Source: Octopus vulgaris (Eukaryota). From it: a stretch of DNA of 64,000 bases. This document shows positions 24,871 to 38,678 of the stretch, in pieces; the stretch's first letter is position 1, and every line of letters starts with the position of its first letter. Under the pieces are notes generated by a model, which was given only the letters and a program-made list of their open reading frames with translations, did not search any database and was not told the DNA's origin. The translations under genes and the position numbers were made by a program. The stretch covers positions 65,968,001 to 66,032,000 of the forward strand of contig OX597824.1 in assembly GCA_951406725.2 (NCBI GenBank), given 5' to 3'.

Positions 24871-27430
24871 GTTGTTGTTGTTGTTTCTTCTTTCAATCTA
24901 TAATTTTTTCCTTCAGTTTTCTGTTTTTCTCCATCATTATTGGTGTTGGTGTTGTTGCAGTTTGAGTCTTTGTTTCAAATTGTCTTTCACTTAATCTTTT
25001 ACAATTTGTTGACCTTTGGTTATTGTTGTTGGTATTGTTGGCTTTGTTCTTGTGTTGTTATTGTTGTTGTTTAGCCCCATCTCATTGAACAGACTTGTAA
25101 TGAAAAATATTTCTGTATTGACCAGTTTTTTTCTTTCTCTTTTTTTTTTGTTGGTGGCGGGGGTGGGACTTATCTATGACTATGTCATACAATGTGTCTT
25201 TGATCTTCATGTTATTATGGCTGTTCACAGTACTTATCCAGTTCCTTGGGTAACTTTTAAAACTTCCATCCCTTTGGAATTTATACATAAAAATGAACTG
25301 CCATGCAGATTTGGTACAAGTTCTAAATAAAAAGAGTATTCAAATATTTTGAATTCAAGTCCACTGTGTTTTACAATATATTTTGGGTAGTATGCTCTGG
25401 GTGTGACTTTAAGCTGCATCCAGTAGTGGGGCCCTGGTTCAAGAGTTCCAGTGTTTTGAGGAGTGTGGAACCACCTATTACCCACTATTGTTCTCAGATC
25501 TACTCTGACCCAAAGTAGTAGCAACTGCCAGGGTACTAGCTGTGAGTTAATTAGCATATAAAGGCTTGCCTACCTATGCATGTGAAGATTGGATTTGATG
25601 GACTCTGTAGAAGAAACCTCAAAAAATAGTTTCAAGTATGATATTCTTAAAAAATGATAGATTGGTATGCTTTCCATATTAAACATAATGAAATTTTGAG
25701 TAGTTATATCTCCTTTAGTAAAAATACTAAAGACTCATGTATAATATTTGCATTTATTTCTTTTCATATTCACATAATGAAACATGTTCAGAAGCTTCAG
25801 ACTTAAATTGTGGTTACCATTTTAAGATTTATGGCTTAAAATATGAGGTCATTGTTATAAGATTTACCCCTTTTGTTATTACATTTCTGTTGAAATCCAC
25901 TGCATTGGTTTCAATTAATGTTGAAAACAATGAAGAATTTAGTAGCATTATCATTACTATTAAGCTGCTGTTTGGAACGTAACATGAAGTTCTGATGGCA
26001 AGTTTTAATTTAGACAACTTTAAAATAGAAAGTTTGTTATAGAATCAGGAGCAATCTCAGGTGGGTTGGTATCAAAAGGGTTAAGGCTTAATACACATGG
26101 TCACTATTTTGTCATTTCAATCCAAGTTGTGGATTGACAACTTAAAATATGAGAGGGAATCACTCCTCTTATGGTTTGGGTATTACATCATGTAGTTCTT
26201 ATCAAGTTCTTATCTCAAGTGCTAAGAGTTATATCTCTCTGTATCTTAGGTCTAGTCAAACAGTAATGCCCAAGGATATGACACTAAGCAAGTCAGTGAG
26301 ATGTGCACAAAGAAATTACTTAGTATTTAAAAGTTTCCTTTAGTTGTAAATATTCTCTGTTTTTCAGTATGCTAATCATAGTTTTAGTGGCCTCAGTATG
26401 AACTCTATCTCACTTAGGAATATTACCTTTTCACTCCATACACCATTTATTTTGTCTTAATATCTGTTAATTTTTGCCTCTTCCTAAGTGACTTTCAATT
26501 TTCCTGTTTTGTTTTTAGAAAGGACTGTCTAACTCTATGGTGCATGCACACACACACACACACACCTTTATTTAAATAATAATATTTATTTTTTACTTAG
26601 TGGCGTATCTTCACCAACACAATCTACTAACAAAATTAACCACATGAATGACATAGAAACTCAATAGTTACCTGCTTTTGTTCTTTTTCTAAAAGCATTT
26701 TCCTTTTTTACTGGCCTATTTTCAAAATCATGAGCCACTGAAAGATTCTTAAAACTTTTTTTTTCATACTCTGGTGTTTGAGCAGCAAACAATTTTCAAA
26801 TTTTCAAGAAGGCTGCAGCAAACCTCATGTTAAATGGGTCATCAAGATTTGGGAAGTCTTTTGCATTGAGGTCAGTTTTATGGAATGGACAATAAAATAT
26901 TGATAGGTGATAATTGAATATATTAAAGGATATATATATATACACATGCGTATGGATACATACACACTTGCATATATACACACACATAGATAGACACTTA
27001 CATAAGTATACAGAGAAGTAAGCTCCGGAACAGATGGGGTAATAGGCAGAAAAATGAAAATTGTTAGAGAGAGAGAAAGAGAGGGAGAGAGTCAAAGATT
27101 GACATAAATGATATGGTGGACTGAGCAGAAGATGCAGTGTTACCCTATGTTATATAAGGGTAGGTACAGTGGTGCATGGAGGAGAGAGATGAAGAGGAAT
27201 CAGAGCATATTCTCAAGGTAACATGTTCAAGAGAGTATGATGAAAGGAGGATCAGGGAAGGCAAGTAAAAGCTGCCAGAGTGCAATCCCCTCCTACACAA
27301 GCAAAATTAATTGGACAGACAGAGGAGAGAGGGGCAGCAGGATATTGATGGTGAAGATATAGAAGATGAAGTTATTTAGTCAGCACAAATTGAGTGCTTT
27401 CCTGACAATTATGAGTTACATGGTTTGGTG

Positions 27431-27682
27431 CAGTAGTTCCCAACCATTTTCACCTATGGACCCTTTCGATTCCTCTTTTACTTGGGTGGATCTTCATAGC
27501 CATTCAATGTTTAAAAAAAAAGTCATATTATATTTTTATAATTAAAGATTACTAGGAATTGTATGAAAAATTGTTAAAAATATTTTGTGTATTGTAGAAG
27601 TATATAAGCAACTTATTGCACAAATTTTAACAGCAAAAAATGGGGTCCATATAATATATGGACCCCATTTGAGAACGACTGG
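27431..27682. mobile_element. hAT (Charlie-like) MITE
   Basis: Ends CAGTAGTTCCCAA / TTGAGAACGACTG; internal GGACCC motifs. Confidence 0.6.
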
Positions 27683-28188
27683 TTTTGTGAGTAGATGGAA
27701 TGACAGATATAGAATTGATATAGTGGGTGTGGCAATAATTAGTGTGTAATGTGAACACAATACAATAGAAAATGTGCATGCGCACCATCCCACTGTTTCA
27801 ACAAGTATTTTGGAAAGCTTATGTGGGAGGTCAGGTCTTTTACAGAACCACATATTACTAGTTGCTACAGCCTCTCTAATATCATTTATCAGACATAACA
27901 TCTTGTGATCATATTTCACCATCACATTCCAAATCTTCCCACAGACATATCATCATCATCATCTTTTAATGTCCAGACCTGGTTGAATGGTTAAGAAGCT
28001 TGATTCCAACCATGGGTTCACTCCAACAGTGTGGCACATTGGGAAAATGCCTTCTGTTATAGCCCTGGGCTGACCAAATATGTATATGTGTGTATTATAT
28101 ATATATATATATATATAATATGAGGGAATATCATTCCAAACTTACAGGGAAAAATTCAATTTAGAACTACTAAATCAAATTTCACAAA

Positions 28189-28225
<37 letters not shown>

Positions 28226-28229
<4 letters not shown>

Positions 28230-28451
28230 TAGAAAAAACCCCACCTTTTATCAATTCAATAATGAAAAATTAAATTATACCATCTAGAAAATTACATATT
28301 ATAGAAAGATTAAATATAAGATAAAATATATAACAATGATTAAGTATTGTGCAAAATAATAAATAAAACATATATATTTGGTAATTGTAATTTTCTAGAT
28401 GGTATAATTTAATTTTTCATTATTGAATTGATAAAAGGTGTTTTTTTTCTA

Positions 28452-28489
<38 letters not shown>

Positions 28490-28574
28490 TGTTATGTCTG
28501 GGAAGAGTCATTTTCTTTTTGTGCCTTATTATGTAACACAAAAAGAAAATGACTCTCCCCAGACACAACAGAAT
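28226..28574. repeat. Two adjacent foldback elements embedded in (TA)n
   Basis: 28226-28455 has ~70-bp inverted arms. 28486-28574 is a hairpin with a ~39-bp stem. Confidence 0.85.
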
Positions 28575-28628
28575 ATGCTTCAACACACGAACTCATATAA
28601 ATAACCTTGCAAACCAAATCCAAAAACG

Positions 28629-28662
<34 letters not shown>

Positions 28663-29265
28663 TCAACATCATTTAATGACCACTTTCTCATGCATGTATG
28701 GGCCATTCGGAATTTGTTAAAGCAAACTTTCTATGGCCAGACAACTTTCCTGTAACCAACCCTGAACTGTTTCCAAGCAAAGTAATATTTTGCTGTAGGT
28801 ATTCGTTTTTCACAGAAGAAGGGAATTGAACAATATCACTTGTATGATGGTAATACTCATTACAATTATCACATAATGTCAAGACAAGGGTACTTACATG
28901 TATGCTCACACACATACACACACATATATATATAAATGTGACAGGAAACAAGTAAAAGATGAAAGGTATACATGCATACATACATACATACTGGGTATGT
29001 ATAAATGGACATACATGACTACTTTCATGCCCTTCTTACCCCCTCTATCTACTGGGTCTTAATCTGGATGCTGTATAGGAGCCAGTAAATTGTACTTCAT
29101 TGAATTGAATACATGCTGTGGCAAGGTATATTATCATCATCATTTACCGTCCATTTTCCATACTAGCATGGGTTGGATGGTTTGACTGGGGGATGGCAAG
29201 CCAGTAAGCTACACCAGGCTCCAAACTGATCTGGCAAGGTTTCTACAGCTGGAGAATGTAGTGGG

Positions 29266-29500
29266 TGCTTTTTATGTGCCACTGGCATGGGAGCCAGTCA
29301 GGCAGCACTGGCATTGACCATGTTCAGATTGTGCTTTTTACATGCCACTGGCACAGGAACCAGTCGATGGGGGACTGGTATTGACCATGTTCGGATGGTG
29401 CTTTTTACGTGCCACTGGCATGGGAGCCAGTCAGATGGCGCTGGCATCGACCATGTTTGGATGGTGCTTTTTACATGTCACTGGCACAGGAGCCAGTTGC
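29266..29500. repeat. ~66-bp minisatellite (about 3.5 units) inside an antisense RTE-tail element
   Basis: GTGCTTTTTA(C/T)(G/A)TGCCACTGGCA... units start at ~29266, 29331, 29398 and 29465. Confidence 0.85.
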
Positions 29501-29699
29501 CAGGCAAGACATACAAGGCTACTTCATGACCTCCTCATCCCACAATCTGTACTGGTCCTTAATCTGGATGCTGTATAGTAGGGAGAGAAAAATTATACTT
29601 CATTGAATCAAATTCACGATGTACACTACACTACTTGGCAAACGTTTACTCAGATCTTTTCAAACACAAACAAAAGCCCCTCAGCAATGACCTTCCTGT

Positions 29700-32600
29700 T
29701 GTCTCTCCCAAGTATACAATTTTAGGGCTGCAAACATCAATGTTGGCACAATGAAGGAAAGATCTGTTGAGATTGTCGAAATGTTGGAGCGCCATCATGT
29801 CAATGTGTGTGGTCTGCAAGAAGTGAGATGGAAAGGAGCCTCTGCTAGATTCTTCATGGGTAAGAAGCAGAGGTTTTAATTCTTCTGGGTAGGCAGAAGT
29901 GGCGGAGTGGGTGGTGTAGGCATACTCTTAGTGGAAAAGTGGGTAGATAATGTAGTTGAAGTAGTCAGAGTGTGCAATAGGGTTATGAAGTTGAGACATG
30001 AATATATTAACAATTACATTTATCTTTGCCTATGCTCCACAGGCTGAGCTGGCTGATAATCAGAAGGACCAATTCTATGAGGTTCTTTTGCAGACTACCT
30101 CAATGACAAATGACAGAGACTTCATTATTGTGGTTGGCAACTTTAATGGACATGTTGGGCTGCATTCCCATGGATTCCATTGTGTTCATGGTGCTTATGG
30201 CTTTGGCACCAGGAATGAGGAAAGTACAAGGCTACTTGAGTTCTGTGATGCAAATAATCTTATGATTTGCAACACTAACTTTAGAAAGCCAACTAGCCAC
30301 CTAATTACTTATCAGTCTGGTGGAATATAAGCCAGGTTGATTACCTTCTCACCAGGCAAGGAGATAGGCAGATGTTCACAAATGCGAAGTCTTTCTCAGG
30401 TGAAGATTGTACACCCTAACATAGGCTACTAGGTAGTGACTTCAGAATTGGGGCTACAAAGACTCAAAGACATAAACCACATTGGAAAAGAAGATTATGG
30501 AAGTTCAAAGACCCCACAAACCAACACAAATTTAGAGACATTCTACTGGAGGCCTCTGGTGATAGAGAGGAAGAGGAGGAGGAAGGGATATATAGCTTAG
30601 AGGACAACTGGAAGTTGTTGAGGGACAATTTACTGGGTGCTGCTGACCAAATCTGTGGTTGGTGCCAAGTCCCAACCAAATTGTGGGTGACTTGGTGGTG
30701 GAGCTAAAAGGGAGGCTAGGCAACAGGTTTACATAGCTAAAAAAATAGCAGAAGGTAAGAAGTTCACCAATGTTATGCAGTGTGAGGATCAGAGGCATGA
30801 GGTGTTCAGGATTGCAAAGCAGTGTATCAGAGAAAATAGAGATGTGGTAGGTGAGAAATGTGTGCGAATGGATAAAGGTAAGCTTACACTTAGTGACTCA
30901 GAGAAGAAAGATGTGTGGAGATGCCATTATGACAGGTTGTTAAACGTGGAGAATGATTGGGAGGAGTGTCTTTCAAATATTGAACCAGTTGAAGGACCAG
31001 CCATCAGAGTGGATAGCAGTATAATAGATAAGGCAATTAAGAAAATGAAGACTGAGAAAGCCCCAGGACCATCAGGTATCACTGCTGAGATGATTAAAAT
31101 ATCAGGCAGTGTGGGATACAGTCCAGTCACTTGCATAGTTAATCAGGTTATTCAAGAAGGCATCATCCCCAAAGACTGGTGTAGCAGTATTATAGTCAGC
31201 TGCTATATGGGTAAAGGTGGTGCCTTAGATAGAAACAACTACAGAGGTATCAGACTACTTTACCATGTCATGAAAGATACAGAGAGAGTTATATCTCAAC
31301 TAATTAGGGATAGAATTAAACTAGATGAGATGCAGTTTGGTTTTGATCTTGGGAGAAGTACCACAGATGTTGTCTTCATAGTGCGATAGTTGTAAGAAAA
31401 GTATTTGGCCAAAAGTAAGCCATTGTACTTAGTCTTCATCAACCTGGAGGAAGCTTTCGACAGGGTTCATTGCTCTCTTATTTGGTAGTCTCTAGGGAAG
31501 CTAGGAGTAGAGGAGTGGTTTGTTAGTGCAGTTCAAGCCATGTACACAAATGTTATTAGTTAAGATGTGAGTTGGCCTTGAATACAATGATGAATTTAAT
31601 GTACAAGTTAGAGTACACCAGGGATCAGTTCTTAGTCCACTCTTATTTATCATGGTTTTTCAGGCTATAACAGGTGAATTCAAAACTGGATGCCCATGGG
31701 AACTACTATATGCTGATGATCTTGCTCTTATTGCAGAATTTGAAGCAAAATTGGAGAGGAAGTTCCAGGTTTGGAAGCAAAACCTGGAATCAAAGGGCCT
31801 CAAAGTTAACATAGCTAAGACTAAAGTTGATGTTAGTGAGAAAGGAGATAAGACTATCATTCTGGCTGGCAAATGTCCCTGTTCAATATGTAGGCAAGGG
31901 GTGGGATGTAATTCCATTCGCTGTATCAAATGTAAACTATGGCTGCATAAGAGATGCAGTGGAATTGTGGGAAGGTTATCAGATAAGGTTATTTTCATGT
32001 GTGGTAGATGCGCAGGAACAGAAGGCACTAAGAGCACAAGGGACTTAAACTCCCTCAAATGCCCAGGAGGCTCTCTTGAGGTAGTAGATAATTTCTGCTA
32101 TTTAGGCGACCAAATTAGTAATGGTGGTGGATACTCTGAAAATATTGTTTCTAGAATACAAATAGAGTGGAGGAAATTCAGCGAACTACTACCTCTGTTG
32201 GCAGCAAAAGGACTCTCTCTTAGAGTGAAAGGTAGATTGTATGATGCTTGTGTGAAAATAACTACATTATGTGGGCTCTGACTACAGAGGACAAATGTAG
32301 ACTGGAGCGGAATGAAGGTAGTATGCTGTGTTGGATTTGCAACATCAGTAAGCATGACTGACAAAGCACAACTGTGTTGAGAGAAAAGTTAGGCATAAGA
32401 GGAATTAAATGTGGTATATAGGAGAGGTGACTGCATTGGTTTGGATATGTGAATGCATATGAGTGAAGACACTGTATACAGATGTGCCTGTTGTTGAAAA
32501 GGATGGTATCTGTGGAAGAGGGAGACCCAGGAAGATAAGGGATGAAGTGGTGAGGACTGCTTTTAGGATGTTTGGGCTCATGGAGGAAGTTACAGTGGAC

Positions 32601-33640
32601 TGAGATGTTTGGCGATATGAGATCCTAGAGAAGACCCATCCATGAAACTGAGTGCTAAGAGAGTTGTGTCCCACCCACATGTAACAACACACTTTTCACC
32701 CACTCTATCTTATGAAATTGAACTACAACTCCTCTTCTAATTGCATCTTTCTCTTCCTCACATTTCCTCTTCATAAATTATGATTGTTTTCCAATCCCTT
32801 TTCTTGCCCTGCTTTCTGTATTGCTACTCCCCACACCCCCAACACCCACACTCACGTCCTATTTTTCTAACTAGGTTCTACACTCATATTCTTGTTACTT
32901 GTGAGTATATCCTAGCATTACACCATCTCTCTTCTGCTCTCTCTTACACTTTTACTGTTTCTTACTCTCTCCTTCTCTTGTTTATCCTCTGACTAGGTAA
33001 CCAAGTATCACCTTTACATCAGCACACTTATTTTTGGCCTCTTTCTTGTTCCTCTCTCTCTCACTCTCTCTCTTTCTCTCTCTCATTGGGTAACTATGTA
33101 CCTCCTCTATAGCAAGACACCTATTTCTGCCTCTCTATTTCCCTGTTACACTCTAACCTTTCATCATTTGATACTGGATCACCTAGTCTAATGCTCCCTC
33201 TGTTGTGGCAAGACACCTGCTTCTGTCTCTCTGTCACTTTATCACACTCCAACTTTTCATCATCTGACACAAGTTCCCCTCATCAAATGCTTTACCCCTC
33301 TCAAAATTCCTTACCTTGTGTGTTACTTGGTTACCCTGCCAGTACTGGTGCCACATGAAAAGCATCCAGTCCACACTGTAATGTGGTTGGCATTTGGAAG
33401 AGCATCCAGCTGTAAAAATCATGCCAAAACTAACTTCACCTGTGCTAGTGCCATGTAAAAGCAATGAGTCCACTCTGCAGGGTGGTTGGTGTTAGGAAGG
33501 GCATCCAGCCATAAAATCCCTGCCAAAACATACAAAGTAGCCAAGGGTTGTTTTTCTATTTGGCCGGCTCCTGCCAGCTATCCTATCCATGCATGCATGG
33601 AAGATGGACATTAAATAATGATGATGATGATGATGATGAT
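29700..33640 (+). mobile_element. Near full-length decayed RTE-clade LINE (AP endonuclease + RT + PHD-type finger; 3' UTR ending in (GAT)n)
   Basis: Endonuclease motifs NVGTM, LQEVRW, AYAPQ, GNFNGHVG. RT motifs KAPGPSGI, NYRGIRLL, QFGF, HQGSVLSPLLF, YADD. Many stops and frameshifts. Confidence 0.93.
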
Positions 33641-33659
33641 ATATATATCATCAGGTTAC

Positions 33660-34690
33660 AAGAAGTATTTGAGGACATACTTGGAATTTAATAAAACAAC
33701 TCTAATCTGATAAAGACCAAATATATTTGTTTACATGTTCTCGATAAGCTTTCTTATAAGATTATTCTATGAATCTAGCTTCTGATTTGATGATTGCTTC
33801 AATGCAGGACCAGATTCATTGGCAAGCTTGTACGTATTCATTTCAGACATCATTTGACTATGGTGGCATTTAGCATAGCTATGATGTAGGATCATTGATT
33901 AGTCACTCTTTCAACAATGCTTCATGTATAGTAAGTTAATGGGATTTGAATCTAGTGAGTTTAGAGGATACAAGTTTGGTATTACATGATCATGAAGACA
34001 TCCATTCTTGAGCTGCATCAGCTTTGTCAGAAGGTGCTGAGTCTCATTGAAACACATATGGTCTGCCACTGTATTTTACCCATTCAGGCCTTAACTAGCA
34101 CTTTGCCGTATCTAGCAGCATTAATTCTAAGAGCTTGTGGAAAGGTGTGAGATGGCATGACATGACCTTCACATTACTCATCACTTCTAAAACCTTCACA
34201 GTTGTTGGAAACTTAGTGTACATCACTTTATGAACATCAGAAGGATCTACACATAGCCATCTGTCATTTCTTCTGCTAGATTTTTGGCCTTGGTCGAAGT
34301 TTTACCTAGCAGAGAAGAACCAAAGCATGCCATGTTTGTGAGGGTTTTAAACCTTGTTAAACAATGGCTTGGCATTGATCAAACAGTTTTTCTGTGGAGA
34401 CATGAATTGGCTTCCCCTCAGTACACAGCATTGACTGTCCTCATACTCCACAGTTCTGATAGTCCATTATGACACCTAAAGATCTTGGATGATGGCTCTC
34501 ATCAATTTTCTGGGATCATCATTGGTAATGTTTTGAACCTGTTGGATGAATTGTAATGTTCTTATAGTGGTCCAGATGTTTAGAATGTTTTTTCTCTCTT
34601 TGATAGATTAGTTGAAATATTCTTGCCAGAGCCTTCTGATTCCATCTGAATTTTGTATACAATAGATTTTTGCAACATCTAGAAAGCTGT
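33660..34690 (-). mobile_element. Highly decayed Tc1/mariner remnant
   Basis: Minus strand near 33935-33967 reads PLNSLDSNPIN, a degenerate PxSPDLNPIE motif. (TA)n on both flanks. Confidence 0.4.
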
Positions 34691-36656
34691 CGATATATAT
34701 ATATATATATATATATGGTAAATGAAAGATGGAAGATACATTAATTTTTATTAATTACTACAATTGTTTCAACATATCTAGCATCAGTCCCTCACAAGTG
34801 GGATACTTTCATTTACCATATACATAATGAACACTGTGAATGTGACTGCTTTACCAGTAAGTTACCAAGTCTAAACCAACTCTAAAGGTAGAAGAGGTGG
34901 TAAATATATAACAAAGGATATAGTTTACAATGGTATTGAGACTGTGCGTTCAGTAAAACATATATGAATTTTATATCTCTTAAGAACCAAATGCCTCAGA
35001 AAATATACAATTTCAAAAGAAATTATGTATTTAATAGAATCCTGTAAACTTCCAACACTCTTAAACTTCTCAAAATAACTGTCAGGTATTATTAGGGTAG
35101 TGAATTGAATGAAATAGTTGAGTAGCAAACTACATTCCTGACAGTGTCTAGTTTCGTTTTGCAATATTCTGAGTTAAAATCTTGTCAAGAACAATTCTAC
35201 CTTTCATCACTATGGGGTCAATAATTTTAATACTTGTCAGTCATATACAAGCTTGATTCATTGACTGTTCATCTACCCTATGAATGTACAGCTTTGTTTC
35301 AACATAAGATATTGTAAGTATGGAAATTGAAAGGTCTGAAAATAGACACTTTTCTCTTTGGTTAAGCTCTTATCAGCTTCTCCAAATTCTATCTGGAGAG
35401 TAAGGTGAGAGTGGAAAGTGAAGTGTTCTACAGGGAATCTACTGAAAGGTGAGTGGGAATAGTAAGAATGACCTCTGTAGAAATGCTTACTTTCAGCATG
35501 TTGACTGAAAACAGCTTGGGGAGTTAGAGTAATCCATGATTTATAGAGGACCCTTCATTGACTTTAGGTGGCTCTCCCCACTTTTACGACATCTTATTTT
35601 GTGCTTTTTGTAAACTTTTGTTTTCCACGTATATTTTTTCTTAATAAATTCTGCATTTCTCCCCCTGTTTGTGTTTAATGTCTGTGTAATTTCTTCTTCA
35701 CTTGTTATCCTTGTAACAAATAATAAATTTTTAAATGCAAAAAAGAAAAAAAAGTTAGAATTAAAAAAGTTATTTCATTTTTCTTTTTCTTTTTTCCCCT
35801 AACCTTTAATGTGTGCTAATTTCTCTACAAGTCTTTGTGTGACTTAATAATAATAATAATAATAGTAATAGTAATAATAATATTAATAATAGTAATAATA
35901 ATAGTAATAATAATAGTAATAATAATAATAATTGTAATAATAATAATAAAATAATAAAATATACATGAGTAAATATCGACTTTTAAGATTAATTGTAATC
36001 ATCTAAAAATCTTTCATCAATAATAAATTTTCTATAAAAAAATTCTTGTTTAATTTCTCTTTTTCATTCTACATAACCCCTTTCCCACTTTCTGTAATTT
36101 ATTTTTGTTATATATCCTTCATTTGTTGTTCATGTGACAAGTAAAAGAAATTATTATTTCTTTTAAGTCAATTACAACAATCTCCAGTACTTGATTGGCA
36201 TTTTATTTTATTGCGCCCCCCCCCTCCAAAAAAAAGGGTGCCCTTGGCTAAAAGTTGCTTTTGGCAGAATCTGAAATCAGGATGTAAAGACAGAAGAAAT
36301 ACCACAAAGCATTTTGTTTGATATACTAATGATTCTGTCAGCTAGCCATTTTAATAATAATATTGATGACACTGACTTTTTGACTATTTAATAACTTTGA
36401 TAGTTTTTGACCAGTATAAGCCTAGGCCATGTCTAACTTAATACATTATTATTTTTTTTTTTTTTTGCTAAGGTGGCTACCTGGCAGAACCATTTGCATG
36501 TCAGATAAAGTTTTGCAGTATTTCTTCCAACTCTGTACGTTTTGAGGTCAACTTTTCCTTTACTCCTTTCAGGATTAATAAAATAAGTACTGGGGGTTGA
36601 TGTAATCGACTAACCCTCTCCCCCACCCCCAAAATTTGAAGCTAATATTATATATA

Positions 36657-37052
36657 GGCACAGGAGTGGGTGTGAAGTGAGAAGCTTGTTTCTCAACCAC
36701 ATGGTTCTGGGTTCAGTCCCATTGCATGGCACCTTGGGCAAGTATCTTCTACTATAGCCTTGGGCCGACCAAAGCTTTGTGAGTGGATTTAATCGACAGA
36801 AACTGAAAGAAGCCCATTGCATATATATATATGTGTGTGTGTCTGTGTTTATCCCCCATTACCACTTCACAACTGGTGTTGGTGTATTTAGATCACCATA
36901 ACTTAGCAGTTTGACAAAAGAGACCAATAGAATAAGTACCAGGCTTAAAAATAAGTACTGGAGTTGATTCATTCGACTAAAAATTCAAAGCAGTGCCCCA
37001 GTATGGCCACAGTCTAATGCCTGAAACAGGTAAAAAGATAAAAGATAAAAAG
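36657..37052 (+). mobile_element. tRNA-derived SINE (OR-like)
   Basis: Same head, core and tail as 11093-11487. It ends ~95 bp upstream of the exon at 37148. Confidence 0.85.
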
Positions 37053-37147
37053 ATAGTTTGTCCAATAATTTTCAATCTTTGATTTGTAATCTTCTTTCCT
37101 TAACGTCAGTATATTGGTCCCTTTTTTTTATCTCCGTAACTTTTCAG

Positions 37148-37228
37148 CGGCAGCATCGGCAAATACTTTGGACTTGGACTTCCTTGTGGTGAAAGACTCT
37201 CCTGAAACTACGATATCAAAAACTGGAG
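37148..37228 (+). CDS. AFTPH: Aftiphilin coding exon ((S)AASANTLDLDFLVVKDSPETTISKTG), 81 nt, phase 1 to 1, clathrin-box-like LDLD
   Basis: Acceptor ttttcAG and donor G|GTTAGT. In frame with both neighbouring exons. TLDLDF corresponds to vertebrate LLNLDF. Confidence 0.88.
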
Positions 37229-38617
37229 GTTAGTTCTTTTGCTGTCATTGTTCAATTTCTAAAGAATTAAAAAAATATTATTTTATTTTATTCATTTATT
37301 TTCTTGTTTTTGGAGTGTGCAAAAGCAAAAATGTGTGACTATATGTTTGTTGTTATAAGATCTGCCCAAATAGCGAATTATTAGATTATTTTTTTATATG
37401 TGTGTAAGATGGTATTTCATTTATATGTAATTTAATTTTTAACTTCCCGGTATCAATCAATATCAAATTTAATTCAGAGTATTGTCAGATGTCTGTTTCA
37501 TTTATTCAGTTATAAACACACACACACCATTTGTGGAGACATTTATGTCACTGAATTTTTTTAACTTCTTTGCATCAATCAAATATAATTGAATTTAGCA
37601 TTGTCAGTACTGTCGATTGCCTACTTATTTTATTCAATTTATATGTGTGTGTGTATTAATGTATATACGAATGTACGTAGATATGTATTTATATATGCAT
37701 GTATGTGTGTGTGTGCATATATATATACACACACACACACTCTCTCCCTCTCTCCTTCCCCTTTCTCACTAGGTGAGAAGTTAAATTCTGTGTTTCAGCC
37801 CTTCTAAACTTAAAATAGCTATTACTACTTTTAGGCAAGTGCCTTGATTTGTTTTGCTGAAAAATAGTCATCACCTAATTAAAGGGATGTGTGTATGTGT
37901 GTGAATGAGTGAGTGAGTGAGACAACACTTTTATAAATTCTCTGTCTCTGTTTTTGTCCTGGATGTTGGGCAAATGTTTGACTTTTTCATTCCTCTTGAC
38001 AAATTAGCTCATTAAACTCTACTGCAAACTCTTTTATTGATTAATTTTGGCTGACACATACCACCAGTTTGCTCAGATTGCTGATTTCACCATATATATA
38101 TATATGCTTAAAATAATGGGGAAATGGGAAGTATAATTGTTTTCAGGATAAAGTAAGGGACTATTCAATATTATAGCCAGGCTAAGTTCAAACCTTTCTG
38201 TTACATTCCTCTAAAGTACACATTACTCTGTTTCCTTCAGTCTAAATTCCTAGCAGGATTTTTTTTTTTTTGCTTCACTGGAGTGATTATTAGTATGAAG
38301 GACTTGTAGTTACCCACCACAAAAAAAGCAAAACAAAATACATTTGACATGCCAAATTAGCAACAAAAAAACCCCTCCAGAAAACAAAAACAAAAGCCTC
38401 TAAAGTTCCCAAATAAAATGGTAAAAGAAACCTCTGCCTCTGTTAGTTATTAAAAAGTAAAGTATAAGAGACAAGGGCAATGTGTTGGTGTATCTCAGGG
38501 AACATGGTTGGATTTTAATGAGATAAGAGGGTAATGTCATTAGCAGGGAGGAAGATGAGGGGAAGTAAAATAAAAATATAAATTATGTACATGTGTGAAT
38601 GAGTGTATGTGTATATA

Positions 38618-38678
<61 letters not shown>

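Noticed and set aside
26601-26668. Protein-like frame GVSSPTQSTNKINHMNDIETQ* after ttacttAG
   Set aside because: It requires phase 2, which does not match the upstream phase-1 donor, and there is no homology evidence.
29266-29500. Regularly spaced repeats resembling a CRISPR array
   Set aside because: Whole units including the spacers are homologous, the context is eukaryotic and no cas genes are present. It is a minisatellite.
34714-34822. Minus-strand GAAAC-AATT-GTA with upstream CTGATGC in a short IR-bounded element
   Set aside because: Only the 3' half of a hammerhead is present and stems I and II do not pair. At most a truncated remnant.
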